The position numbers and the translations under genes are program-made. This document shows positions 45,945 through 55,837 of a stretch of 59,777 bases of DNA, piece after piece (positions within the stretch are counted from its first letter, which is position 1; each line of letters starts with the position of its first letter). Origin of the DNA: an uncultured SAR86 cluster bacterium (GTDB taxonomy: Bacteria; Pseudomonadota; Gammaproteobacteria; Magnimaribacterales; D2472); the NCBI GenBank assembly GCA_902515455.1, contig CABXUO010000003.1, positions 1 to 59,777 on the forward strand, read 5' to 3'. Below the pieces are notes generated by a model. That model searched no databases, was not told where the DNA came from, and saw only the letters and a program-made list of their open reading frames with translations.

Positions 45945-46927
45945 TGAAAGAAATTAATAATTTTAGAATTAAGTTTTTCTCCCTTTTTGTCGTGTAGCGA
46001 AAGGGTAATTTTATTTTGTAATGGCTGTATATCCAAAATTCCGTAATTCATTTCTGGAAATGTCTCACCTATTAATAATGGATCACTTTCTTTGAATTTT
46101 GATCCAGGTCTATTAAGGGAAGAAGCTGTAATTTCGATAAAAAAATCATTTTGATATATTCCTGATCTATGTCTATCACCTGAAACTACAATTACTGTTT
46201 TATTTTTAGCTGCTTCAGAGAGAATTTTTATTAGTTTTGAGCGCTCTAATGGAAAGTTTGCCCATTTTTCGTATGGATGCTCAGTAGCTAAGACTTGAAT
46301 AGATGACAAGATAATAATTACTTTTGATGTTGAATTAGTAATTGATGATTGGAACCAATCCCATTGCTCTTTTCCAAGAATGGTTGCTTGAGGATTTATA
46401 TTTGGCTTATATGCATTTTTTTTACCATTTAATTTTGATCTAAAAAATCTGGTATCTAGAGCAATTATTTCAATTTTAGTTCCATCTACATTTTTTATAT
46501 TTTTGAAATACAGGCCTTCTCTGTAATTTCTTGGATCATCCTCAGCAACATTCCAGAAATTTAAGAACATTTTTTTGGCTTCTCCTTTGAAGAGATAGTC
46601 TCTTCCCCCATCATTTAACCCAAAATCATGGTCATCCCATATTGCTAAAATATCTTTTTCTTTCATTAACCATTTCGGTAACCTAGTTTTTTGGATTTCA
46701 TAAGCATTTTTCATTTTAAAAAGCTCCCCATTGGGTTGATCTCCATAAACATTGTCTCCAAGAAAAATAAATCCATCTAATTTTTCTTCTTGAATAGCTG
46801 ACCAAATTACTTGATCAAGGCTTTGATCTAGGCAAGATCCCAATCCATATTTATATGCATGAACTTTAGTAGAGACAAAAAGAACAGAACACATGCACAT
46901 AACATGTAGGCAGATATATTTTTTCAT
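45941..46927 (-). CDS. PhoD-like alkaline phosphatase / metallophosphoesterase, secreted
   Basis: 328 aa with a signal peptide and the motifs GDNVYGD, WDDHDFG and SGDRH. A 4-nt overlap links it to the downstream photolyase-related gene. Confidence 0.75.
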   Translation of the reverse strand: MKKYICLHVMCMCSVLFVSTKVHAYKYGLGSCLDQSLDQVIWSAIQEEKLDGFIFLGDNVYGDQPNGELFKMKNAYEIQKTRLPKWLMKEKDILAIWDDHDFGLNDGGRDYLFKGEAKKMFLNFWNVAEDDPRNYREGLYFKNIKNVDGTKIEIIALDTRFFRSKLNGKKNAYKPNINPQATILGKEQWDWFQSSITNSTSKVIIILSSIQVLATEHPYEKWANFPLERSKLIKILSEAAKNKTVIVVSGDRHRSGIYQNDFFIEITASSLNRPGSKFKESDPLLIGETFPEMNYGILDIQPLQNKITLSLHDKKGEKLNSKIINFFQ

Positions 46928-46966
46928 AATATTATTATGTCATCATTTAAATATTTTTAACTAAAG

Positions 46967-47704
46967 TTGAAATACTATCTTTTAATAATTTTTTTCATAG
47001 TTGTTTCAGGATGTGGAGGAGATCCTCAAAATTCTAATTTAGATCTTGATAATTTTATCAAACCCGAATTCTCAACTTATCAAACTTCTTTAAATTGCAA
47101 TTTAGTTTCAGGCAAAACTCTCAATTCAGTTGAGAGATTTATACCTAAATTTGTTAATAGTTTTTCAAGGATCGATAGAAGTGCTGAGAAACTATTTTTT
47201 TTATTTCCACTATTAAAAGAAGGTCAAATTGATACCAAGTCTTTCAAGCTAGTTTTTAACCATGCTAATCAACTTTCATTGGATAGATTTGAACTTACTC
47301 TTGAAACGTTATCATTTGATGAGATAGCAGAATGCAAGGACTCAGATATTTTAACCAGGAGTTTGAATCTCACTTCTCAGAATATCTTGGCTTCAAATGT
47401 AATCTCAGAAATATTAAATTGTGAGTACATAACAGGATTTAATTACGCAACATTAAAGTTAGTCCTTGAGCAATTCACGAACGCATTATTAAAATATAAT
47501 TCTCCGGTTGACGTTTTTTATGGAGAAGCAATTAATTCTGAAAATCAATTTCAATGGACAAATATTTTCTTATCTCTTGAATCAAGACAAGAGTTTATAG
47601 AATCTTGGCAGTCTTTAGAGATAAGCAAGGAAATTCAAGTGATGCTTTTGGAACAGTCGATATGCCAGCCTTCAAAAATGTATCGTCGTTATAAAGTGAT
47701 ATAA
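46967..47704 (+). CDS. Lipoprotein of unknown function (paralog family member 2)
   Basis: It has a TTG start and the lipobox VVSGC. Two internal repeats start SLNCNLVSGKTL and ILNCEYITGFNY. The C-terminal motif CQPSKMY matches the family seen at 23086 and 48157. Confidence 0.6.
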   Translation: MKYYLLIIFFIVVSGCGGDPQNSNLDLDNFIKPEFSTYQTSLNCNLVSGKTLNSVERFIPKFVNSFSRIDRSAEKLFFLFPLLKEGQIDTKSFKLVFNHANQLSLDRFELTLETLSFDEIAECKDSDILTRSLNLTSQNILASNVISEILNCEYITGFNYATLKLVLEQFTNALLKYNSPVDVFYGEAINSENQFQWTNIFLSLESRQEFIESWQSLEISKEIQVMLLEQSICQPSKMYRRYKVI

Positions 47705-47705
47705 A

Positions 47706-47900
47706 TTAAAATTGCGAAATTTCTTGATTAATCTTCTTCACTCCATTGCTGACAGTTTCTAAAAAAATAAAAGGTAATAATGCATGAATAATTCCTGCTA
47801 ATCCAAGAAATATTAGTCTAAAAGCAATTTTAATGACTCGTATTCCATGAATTGTGTAGCCAACTCTTGCTTTTTTAAGGTGGTAAAAATCAATTAACAT
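47706..47900 (-). CDS. Small membrane protein of unknown function
   Basis: 64 aa with one or two hydrophobic helices (IAFRLIFLGLAGIIHALLPFIFL). Confidence 0.4.
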   Translation of the reverse strand: MLIDFYHLKKARVGYTIHGIRVIKIAFRLIFLGLAGIIHALLPFIFLETVSNGVKKINQEISQF

Positions 47901-48008
47901 AACTAATTTTATACCATTTCTGTCTTTGAGTTTTGTGAAATGCTTGCATAGTGCTTAATATTCTTAAGATTAGTTCTAAGATAGTGTAATATACGAGGTC
48001 TCTAAGCT

Positions 48009-48083
48009 GCGGCATTAGTATAATGGCTAGTATATCTGCCTTCCAAGCAGATGGTCCGAGTTCGAATCTCGGATGCCGCACCA
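48009..48083 (+). tRNA. tRNA-Gly (anticodon UCC)
   Basis: A manual cloverleaf fits: acceptor GCGGCAT/ATGCCGC, anticodon stem TCTGC/GCAGA with loop CTTCCAA, T-arm CCGAG-TTCGAAT-CTCGG, and an encoded CCA. Confidence 0.93.
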
Positions 48084-48156
48084 TATTCAAATTTCCATAC
48101 AATAAAATTATTTTCATGTTAATGTGTATTTTAAATACATTTTTAACGGAGAAATT

Positions 48157-48903
48157 ATGAAAAATCTAACTTCAATGTTGGCAATATGCGCTTTATTAAT
48201 GCCAGCAATTACTCATGCGCAAGATGAGTATAAATATGAACCGGTACCAAATAAGGCAGAGTATTATGTTGATAAGTTTAAGCCTGGTAAAGATTTTGAA
48301 GACTTATTAAAGTGGGGAGAAGATTTAGTTAAATGGACTAGCAAGCATTCCATTTATGATAATTGGCAGCCCGTTCTTTTTATGCCTTATTTCAACTCAA
48401 GTCTACAATCACTTGACAGTGTTTTTTTAGGAATTTGGCCAAATGCTACCGAGCAATATATTGGGCTTGATTATTGGGTAAAAAATGGTGGCGATCTCCT
48501 AAAAAAAGTACCAACAATTCCAGTTCAGGCAATAGATACTTGGCAATGGCCAGTCTCATCTCCAGAAGGTGATATGGAAGTTGGAGCGGTTAGATTTTCA
48601 GACTGCAAGATGAAAGATGGAGTAACTGGTCGACAAGTATTTGATGCATACAAAGATTTTGCAATTGCAGCCAAATCAAAGGGCGATAATCTTGGTCGTA
48701 AAATGATATTTCCTGGTTCTGGTGCGACAGAGGGTGATTATGATTATGTTTATTCCCTTTATGCAAGAACTGTTGCGGAGTTAGGGGCTGCGGCTGATAA
48801 TTATTGGATGAATATAAATGGATCAGATGAAGATAAAGCACTTGGAGAGCTTATTGATTCATGTTCTAACAGTAGGATTTATATTACCCATCAATTGAAG
48901 TAA
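48157..48903 (+). CDS. Secreted tandem-domain protein of unknown function (paralog family member 3)
   Basis: ATG at 48157 preceded by GGAG, and a signal peptide ..LLMPAITHAQ. The repeats begin AEYYVDKFKPGKDFEDL and VRFSDCKMKDGVTGRQV, and the C-terminal motif is CSNSRIY. Confidence 0.65.
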   Translation: MKNLTSMLAICALLMPAITHAQDEYKYEPVPNKAEYYVDKFKPGKDFEDLLKWGEDLVKWTSKHSIYDNWQPVLFMPYFNSSLQSLDSVFLGIWPNATEQYIGLDYWVKNGGDLLKKVPTIPVQAIDTWQWPVSSPEGDMEVGAVRFSDCKMKDGVTGRQVFDAYKDFAIAAKSKGDNLGRKMIFPGSGATEGDYDYVYSLYARTVAELGAAADNYWMNINGSDEDKALGELIDSCSNSRIYITHQLK

Positions 48904-48924
48904 AGAATATATTCTTTAGATCAA

Positions 48925-48949
48925 AGAGGGCCTAGGCCCTCTTTTTTTT
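48925..48949 (+). terminator. Intrinsic terminator
   Basis: AGAGGGCC/GGCCCTCT hairpin followed by eight T. Confidence 0.75.
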
Positions 48950-48993
48950 ATATTTTTTTATTTCATGGAGTTGCCAATGTTAAAATTACGCTT

Positions 48994-49434
48994 ATGGAAG
49001 CAAAGTCAATAATAACCCCAATTGGAAATTTTAATTCTTTCTACGCTAATTCTATTTTGGTAAAGATCAGTTATATAGGCCAACAACATTCCTCTTATTT
49101 TCCTGATACAAGTCTTCAAAAGGTAATAAATCATTTCTTTAGTAAACAAGGTTTAAAAAGCTTTCCAAAATATTTTCTTCAAGGCACGCCATTTCAGCTA
49201 AAGTTATGGGAAACATTAACAACAATACCAAGAGGCCGCACTGAATCATACTCTTCGCTAGCTTCAATGATTGGCTCTCCAGGAGCGGCAAGGGCAGTTG
49301 GAACAGCTTGTCGATTAAATCCATTACCTCTTCTTATTCCATGTCATAGGGCAATTAAGCAAGATGGATCAACAGGGGAGTTTGCCCTAGGGAAAATAAA
49401 TAAAGAATATCTTTTAAGAATGGAGTCCGCATGA
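48994..49434 (+). CDS. ogt: Methylated-DNA-protein-cysteine methyltransferase
   Basis: 146 aa with the active-site motif IPCHRAI and the helix-turn-helix region YSSLASMIGSPGAARAVG. Confidence 0.85.
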   Translation: MEAKSIITPIGNFNSFYANSILVKISYIGQQHSSYFPDTSLQKVINHFFSKQGLKSFPKYFLQGTPFQLKLWETLTTIPRGRTESYSSLASMIGSPGAARAVGTACRLNPLPLLIPCHRAIKQDGSTGEFALGKINKEYLLRMESA

Positions 49435-49736
49435 GTGCATATGAAAACATCATAAACTCTTTGAATAGCCAATTAACTATTGAGCATATGTTTTTAGAGA
49501 ATGAGAGTTCAATGCATAATGTCCCCCCAAATTCAGAGACCCATTTTAAATTAATAATAGCTTCAGATGATTTTATAAAACTGAGCAAAGTTAAAAGACA
49601 TCAACTGATATATGAAATTCTATCTAAAGTCATGAAAGAAATACATGCATTATCTATACAAGCCTTTACTATTGAGGAATATAAAGCTGATCCAGTAATA
49701 CATTCGTCGCCAGACTGTGCTAACAAAAAATCATAA
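49431..49736 (+). CDS. BolA family protein
   Basis: 101 aa with HFKLIIASDDF..KVKRHQLIY..L....IHALSIQ typical of BolA/YrbA. An ATGA overlap links it to ogt. Confidence 0.75.
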   Translation: MSAYENIINSLNSQLTIEHMFLENESSMHNVPPNSETHFKLIIASDDFIKLSKVKRHQLIYEILSKVMKEIHALSIQAFTIEEYKADPVIHSSPDCANKKS

Positions 49737-49738
49737 AC

Positions 49739-52198
49739 ATGCAGAGTATCTTTAGACTAATTCTCAAAAAACCAATAACTGTAATGGTTTTTATAGTGGC
49801 TATTTTTCTTTCAGCAAGTGTCGGGCTTAAAAATTTTAAACTTGATGCATCTTCGGATGCATTGGTTATAGAGGGTGATGAAGCCTTTAGGATATATAGA
49901 GAGACAGGAGAAATATTTGGCAATTCAGATTTCTTAATTATTACTTTCACCCCCAAGGCAGACCTATTTTCATCTCAATCTTTGGCAACAATTCAAAAGC
50001 TAACCCATGAATTAGAAAAGCTTCCCAGTATTCAATCGGTTCTTAGCATTTTAGATGCCCCAATATTTTTTCAGCCTAAAGTTCCGTTAGCTGACTTGAT
50101 GGATAATCTTAAAACTTTAGAATCTAAAGATGTTGATTTTGCAGCAGCAAAAGAGGAAATACTCAATAATCCTGTTTATTCAGAGCTCATAATTAGTCCG
50201 TCTGGAGATACAACGGCAATACAGGTAACTATTCAAGAGAATAGTTTGTATAGAGATTTAATTCAAAAAAGATATGAGTTACTCGATATACCCAGCCTTT
50301 CGATTAACCAAAAAAATCAACTTCGTAATATCAATCAACAAATTTCTAAAATAAATGACATTGAGGCGAATGAAAGAACAGACCTAATAGCTCAGATTAG
50401 AGAAATTTTGTCACAAAACATGGATCAAGGTACTTTGTTTTTAGGTGGCGCATCAATGATAGCTACAGACATGATGAGTTTTATAAAATCAGATTTAGCT
50501 GTGTTTGGAGCTGGAGTTGCAATTATTTTTTGCTTGATGCTCTATTTATTTTTTCAAAATATTTGGTTTGTAATTTTGCCCTTAAGCAACGCATTTGTTA
50601 CAACAGCATTTACCGCAAGTGTACTTGGTTTAATGAATTGGAAAATTAGTGTTATCTCATCAAACTTTATTGCCTTATTACTTATATTAACTATTTCATT
50701 GACCGTGCATGTATTGGTAAGGTTTACGGAAGTGTCAAAAAGCTCAGAATCAGTAGATGAGGCTATATTAAATACCTTAAATCAAATGGTTATGCCATGT
50801 TTATTTGCTGCATTAACTACTGCAATAGCTTTTCTTTCACTGATTATGGGAGATATTAAACCTGTAATTGAGTTTGGGAAAATGATGGCAGTTGGAATGG
50901 CTTTTGCTTTTGCTTTTACTTTTACTTTTTTACCAAGTTTAATGAAGCTTGTTATAAAAACTACACATACACACTCACTAGATTTCATTAATAAAATACC
51001 TTCAAAACTAGCATCTTTTACAATCAACCAAGGAAAGTTAATTGCTGCCTTTTTTATTTTTATTTCAATCTCATTAGTTTACGGAATTTCAAAACTTGAA
51101 GTTGAGAATAGATTTATAGACTATTTTTCTCCAGATACAGAAATTTATCAGGGCATGTTATTGCTTGATCAACAATTAGGGGGAACTGCTACATTAGATA
51201 TTTTAATTGATCAACCAGTCCCTGAGATATTTGATGGATTGGGTTTTGAAGGCGATGATTTATTTGAAGATGATTTGTTTGCAGATGAATCTAGTGATGC
51301 TTCTGGTTACTGGTGGAATTCCTCATCTCTAGCGAAGCTAGAGGACATTCATGATTATCTTGACGAAATTCCTGAAATGGGAAAAGTCCTAAGCGTAGCA
51401 AGTGGAATTAAATTAGCAAGAATGATTAATGATGATAATGAATTGAATGACCTAGAGTTAGCTTTATTGCGCTCTGTGCTGCCTGAAGATATCAAAGAAA
51501 CTTTGCTTTACTCTTACATTAACGAGGATGACTCAAAAGTAAGAATTTCAGCAAGAGTCCTTGAGTCTGCGGAAACACTTAATAGAAATGAGCTATTGAA
51601 AAAGATTAATAATGATCTAATAAATAAATTTGATTTAAGTAAAGACCAAATTCAAGTAACAGGTCTTGCTGTTTTATATAACAACATGTTGCAATCATTA
51701 TTTTCCTCACAAATAAAATCACTAGGAATAGTTTTTTCCATCATTGGATTGATGATGCTCTTAATTTTTAGATCAATAAAAATTACTTTAATAGCCCTTG
51801 CTCCCAATTTAATTACAGCTGGGTCTGTTTTAGGTTTGTTAGGATTTTTAAGTATACCTCTAGATATAATGACTATTACTGTTGCTGCAATAAGTGTCGG
51901 TATGGCAGTAGATAACACTATTCATTATCTTTATAGATATAAGATTGAGGTTAGCAATAAAGGCCTTACCAATGATCAAAGGATATCAAACTCACATGAG
52001 ACTGTGGGTAGAGCGGTTTTTTATACCGCAACAACAATAGCAGCTGGATTCTCTATTTTTGCTCTTTCAAATTTTACGCCAACAGTCCTTTTTGGATTAT
52101 TTACAGCTTTTGCATTGATGGTTTCTTTTTTCGCTTCCTTAACTTTGTTACCATTTCTATTAAAATTTTTTAATGCTTTTTCATACCAGGAGTTATAA
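49739..52198 (+). CDS. RND-superfamily exporter of the MMPL/SSD (HpnN-like) type
   Basis: 819 aa with two 6-TM bundles separated by a large soluble loop, the usual MMPL-domain architecture. Confidence 0.75.
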   Translation: MQSIFRLILKKPITVMVFIVAIFLSASVGLKNFKLDASSDALVIEGDEAFRIYRETGEIFGNSDFLIITFTPKADLFSSQSLATIQKLTHELEKLPSIQSVLSILDAPIFFQPKVPLADLMDNLKTLESKDVDFAAAKEEILNNPVYSELIISPSGDTTAIQVTIQENSLYRDLIQKRYELLDIPSLSINQKNQLRNINQQISKINDIEANERTDLIAQIREILSQNMDQGTLFLGGASMIATDMMSFIKSDLAVFGAGVAIIFCLMLYLFFQNIWFVILPLSNAFVTTAFTASVLGLMNWKISVISSNFIALLLILTISLTVHVLVRFTEVSKSSESVDEAILNTLNQMVMPCLFAALTTAIAFLSLIMGDIKPVIEFGKMMAVGMAFAFAFTFTFLPSLMKLVIKTTHTHSLDFINKIPSKLASFTINQGKLIAAFFIFISISLVYGISKLEVENRFIDYFSPDTEIYQGMLLLDQQLGGTATLDILIDQPVPEIFDGLGFEGDDLFEDDLFADESSDASGYWWNSSSLAKLEDIHDYLDEIPEMGKVLSVASGIKLARMINDDNELNDLELALLRSVLPEDIKETLLYSYINEDDSKVRISARVLESAETLNRNELLKKINNDLINKFDLSKDQIQVTGLAVLYNNMLQSLFSSQIKSLGIVFSIIGLMMLLIFRSIKITLIALAPNLITAGSVLGLLGFLSIPLDIMTITVAAISVGMAVDNTIHYLYRYKIEVSNKGLTNDQRISNSHETVGRAVFYTATTIAAGFSIFALSNFTPTVLFGLFTAFALMVSFFASLTLLPFLLKFFNAFSYQEL

Positions 52199-53305
52199 AT
52201 GGCAGGACCTTTAAGTGGCATAAAACTTGTTGAATTCGTCGGTATTGGGCCTGGGCCTTTTTGTGGAATGATTTTAGCTGATTTAGGGGCAGAGGTTATA
52301 AGAATTGACAGAGCTTCTCAACATGGCCAAGGAAACACAATAGATTTTCAACACAGATCAAAATTATCTTTATCTGCAGATTTAAAAAATCCAAAAACTA
52401 TTGAAGAAATTAAAAAACTATTAGCAAGTGTTGATGGGCTCATAGAAGGTTTCAGGCCTGGTGTTATGGAAAGACTTGGTCTTGGACCAGAAGAGTGTTT
52501 AAAAATTAATTCAAATCTAGTTTATGGCAGGATGACAGGCTGGGGGCAAGAGGGACCTTTAGCGAAAACAGCTGGTCATGATATAAATTACATAGCATTA
52601 ACAGGCGCATTAGGATCAATGGGCAGGAAAGGTCAGACACCTCCACCTCCTTTGAATCTAGTAGGAGATTTTGGTGGGGGCGGTATGTTTCTTGCTCTTG
52701 GCATTGTTTCTGCGCTACTAAGCATAAAACAAGGTGGAAAAGGTCAGGTTGTTGATGCCGCAATGGTTGATGGCGCCTCAATTTTAATGACTATGTTCTA
52801 TGCTTTTAAAGCCTCTGGTTTTTGGTTAGATGAAAGAGAGTCTAATGCACTAGATGGAGCTGCACATTTTTATGATACCTATGAGTGTGCTGACCAAAAA
52901 TTTCTTGCAGTTGGTTCAATTGAACCTCAATTTTATTCAATTCTATTAGAAAAACTTGAAATCTCAGATCTCAAATTTCAAGATCAACACAATAAAGAAT
53001 TATGGCCAGAGCTAAAAACTATTATAAAAGATAAAATAAAACAAAAGACCCGTGATGAATGGGCGGAAATATTTGATGGCTCTGATGCATGTGTTGCACC
53101 AGTCTTAAGTTTATCTGAAGCTCCAGAACATCATCATATGAAAGCAAGAAATTCATTTGTTGAAGTAGATGAGATAATTCAGCCTGCACCCGCACCAAGA
53201 TTTTCTGTTACAACTCCTAATATCAAGCATTCCTCAGTAAAAGCCGGAGAAAACAATGACGAAATATGCTCCAAGTATGATTTAGACAGATCTTGTTTTA
53301 GCTAA
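52199..53305 (+). CDS. Family III CoA-transferase (CaiB/BaiF; alpha-methylacyl-CoA racemase-like)
   Basis: 368 aa with the N-terminal GIKLVEFVGIGPGPFCGMILADLGAEVIRIDR. Its start directly abuts the RND gene stop. Confidence 0.85.
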   Translation: MAGPLSGIKLVEFVGIGPGPFCGMILADLGAEVIRIDRASQHGQGNTIDFQHRSKLSLSADLKNPKTIEEIKKLLASVDGLIEGFRPGVMERLGLGPEECLKINSNLVYGRMTGWGQEGPLAKTAGHDINYIALTGALGSMGRKGQTPPPPLNLVGDFGGGGMFLALGIVSALLSIKQGGKGQVVDAAMVDGASILMTMFYAFKASGFWLDERESNALDGAAHFYDTYECADQKFLAVGSIEPQFYSILLEKLEISDLKFQDQHNKELWPELKTIIKDKIKQKTRDEWAEIFDGSDACVAPVLSLSEAPEHHHMKARNSFVEVDEIIQPAPAPRFSVTTPNIKHSSVKAGENNDEICSKYDLDRSCFS

Positions 53306-54083
53306 AAAAATTAATAGCATTATCGCTTGTAACTTCTTTAAACTTATCGATATCAATATCAATCAGCTCACAAATTTCTCTAGCTATGTGAGGTAAATAT
53401 TTTGGTTCATTAACATTATTTTTGGGCTTGCTAATAAGATTTTTTGGGATTAGGTAAGGACAATCAGTTTCTATCATCATCCTTTCAATTGGAATATTTT
53501 TAATTGATTCTCGCAGATCAATGTTTCTTCTTGCATCACATATCCATCCTGTTAGACCAATATAAGCTCCCAACTCTAAATATTGATCTAATTGATCTTG
53601 AGAACCTGTAAAGCAGTGAACAATAAATTTTGGAAAATTTACAATATTTTCTTTAATGATTTTAATAAAATCATCATGCGCATCTCTTTGATGAAGGTAG
53701 AGAGGTAGTTTTAATTCTTTTGCTATGTCAATTTGCATCCTAAAAGCATCTCTTTGAATATTAGGAGGAGAAATATTCCTAAAATAATCTAATCCAGTTT
53801 CGCCAATTGCATTGGGATTAGTAGACTGAAGTTTTGTGAGCAGTTGATTGTAATTAATATCGTTAATTTCATTTGCATTGTGAGGGTGAATACCGGTGCA
53901 AATGAAATATTTTTCAGGAGATTTACTTTGAATAATTTGAATTGGGTCAAGATCTTTTAAGCTTGCAGAAAGTAAAACAAATTTGTCTACTCCAGCATTT
54001 TCTGCATTTGCTATAACTGAATCTAGATTATCTTTAAAAGAATCATGGGTAAAATTACAAGCAATATCTATAAATCCAGCCAT
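53298..54083 (-). CDS. tatD: TatD-family metal-dependent hydrolase
   Basis: 261 aa with IDIACNF, HCFTG and ETDCPYL motifs. Confidence 0.85.
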   Translation of the reverse strand: MAGFIDIACNFTHDSFKDNLDSVIANAENAGVDKFVLLSASLKDLDPIQIIQSKSPEKYFICTGIHPHNANEINDINYNQLLTKLQSTNPNAIGETGLDYFRNISPPNIQRDAFRMQIDIAKELKLPLYLHQRDAHDDFIKIIKENIVNFPKFIVHCFTGSQDQLDQYLELGAYIGLTGWICDARRNIDLRESIKNIPIERMMIETDCPYLIPKNLISKPKNNVNEPKYLPHIAREICELIDIDIDKFKEVTSDNAINFFS

Positions 54084-54127
54084 TTTTAAACTCTATCTAT
54101 TACAATTAGTTGTAATTATCTATCAAT

Positions 54128-54973
54128 ATGAACCAATTTGAACAATTTCACGCCGCTTTAGTTCTGAACCAAGTGTCAGAAAATATTTTTTCTTTTACAC
54201 CTGATTCAAGATATTTTGTTGGTAATACGCCTCATGGAGGATATTTATTAGCCTTGATGAATAAAGCGATGACACAAGTCCTTCCTCATCCAAGTGCAAT
54301 TAATTCAAATGTCTATTATCTTGATAGAACTGAACCAGAATCTGCTGAGTTACATGTTGAAGTTTTTAGAACCTCTAAAGGATCATCAATGGGTCAAGTT
54401 AAGTTGGTTCAAAATAATAAAATAACATGCTTGTACTCAGCCCTATGTTCTGATTTTGATTATATGAAAGGTTATTCAGGCCTTAGCACTCCCTTGCCTG
54501 AAATAATTAAAACGGTTAATGAGGATGATTTCAAAGTGATGGATTATGATAATTTAGGATTGGGCTCAACTCCGGCATTTATTCAACAATTAAATATGTC
54601 AGTTCATCCAGATCATGCTTGGTGGGATAGAGATATTTCCTCTAATGCTGCAGAAGCTCGATGTTCTGCTTATTTAGAATTGGAGGGAGGGATTGCTGAT
54701 ACATTCGTTCTTTCATATTTAGCAGATATTTTGCCTCCTGTTGTTCAAAATAAATATGGGTCTTTAGGATGGATTCCTACACTTGCATTAACCTGTAACA
54801 TTCGTCAGCTTCCTCAAACAAATTTATTATTTATTGATGGTCTTGCAAAAGACATAAGTAATGGATATTTTGAACAAGATTGTTATATATGGGACATGAA
54901 TGGAAACTTAGTTGCTACTAGCAGACAGCTCGCAAAAATCTTAAAATCAGAAGAAAAAATTTCTTCAAACTAA
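54128..54973 (+). CDS. Acyl-CoA thioesterase (double hot-dog, TesB-like)
   Basis: 281 aa. The size and the NTPHGGYLLAL motif are consistent with thioesterase-like superfamily proteins. Confidence 0.6.
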   Translation: MNQFEQFHAALVLNQVSENIFSFTPDSRYFVGNTPHGGYLLALMNKAMTQVLPHPSAINSNVYYLDRTEPESAELHVEVFRTSKGSSMGQVKLVQNNKITCLYSALCSDFDYMKGYSGLSTPLPEIIKTVNEDDFKVMDYDNLGLGSTPAFIQQLNMSVHPDHAWWDRDISSNAAEARCSAYLELEGGIADTFVLSYLADILPPVVQNKYGSLGWIPTLALTCNIRQLPQTNLLFIDGLAKDISNGYFEQDCYIWDMNGNLVATSRQLAKILKSEEKISSN

Positions 54974-54988
54974 AAAAAAGGAAACCAA

Positions 54989-55837
54989 ATGAAATTTACT
55001 GGTACAAAAAATTATGTGTCTACTGAAGACCTCAGCATGGCTGTTAATGCAACTATAGCGTTAGAGCGACCATTGATAATCAAAGGAGAGCCAGGAACTG
55101 GCAAAACATTGTTAGCAATTGAGGTAGCTCAATCACTTGGAATGGATTTAATTGAATGGCATGTCAAATCTACTACAAAAGCATCTCAAGGACTTTATGA
55201 GTATGATGCTGTCACAAGATTGAGAGATTCTCAGCTTGGAGATGAGAGAGTTAAAGATATTAAAAATTACATTAAAAAAGGTAAGTTATGGGAAGCCTTT
55301 GAATCAGATAAGCAAGTTGTTTTGTTAATCGATGAAATTGATAAAGCAGATATTGAATTTCCAAATGATTTATTGCAAGAGCTAGATCGCATGGAGTTTT
55401 ATTGTTATGAAACTGGAGAGACAATCAAAGCTAAAAAAAGACCTTTAATTATAATTACATCAAATAATGAAAAAGAACTTCCAGATGCATTTCTAAGAAG
55501 ATGCTTCTTTCATTACATTCAATTTCCTGACCGTCCTACAATGGAAGGCATTGTCAAAGTTCATTATCCAAAAATCAAAAAAGCTTTAGTAAAAGATGCT
55601 CTAGATATATTTTTTGATGTAAGAAAAATTCCAGGAATGAAGAAAAAACCATCAACGTCTGAGCTAATTGATTGGCTAAAATTACTTATGTCAGATGAAT
55701 TGCCTGATGAAATTCTAAAGAATGCAGATACCTCCAAGGCGATACCACCTTTATATGGGGCGTTATTAAAAAATGAACAAGATGTTCAACTTCTTGAGAG
55801 GCTTGCTTTTATGTCTAGACGAGAGCAAACAAAATAA
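54989..55837 (+). CDS. MoxR-class AAA+ ATPase (CoxD-like)
   Basis: 282 aa with Walker A GEPGTGKT, Walker B LLIDEIDKA, and ITSNNEKELPDAFLRRC. Confidence 0.88.
   Translation: MKFTGTKNYVSTEDLSMAVNATIALERPLIIKGEPGTGKTLLAIEVAQSLGMDLIEWHVKSTTKASQGLYEYDAVTRLRDSQLGDERVKDIKNYIKKGKLWEAFESDKQVVLLIDEIDKADIEFPNDLLQELDRMEFYCYETGETIKAKKRPLIIITSNNEKELPDAFLRRCFFHYIQFPDRPTMEGIVKVHYPKIKKALVKDALDIFFDVRKIPGMKKKPSTSELIDWLKLLMSDELPDEILKNADTSKAIPPLYGALLKNEQDVQLLERLAFMSRREQTK

Noticed and set aside
47890-48117. 75-aa minus-strand ORF from the track
   Set aside because: It overlaps tRNA-Gly(UCC) (48009..48083) on the opposite strand. The tRNA cloverleaf is unambiguous, so the ORF is spurious.
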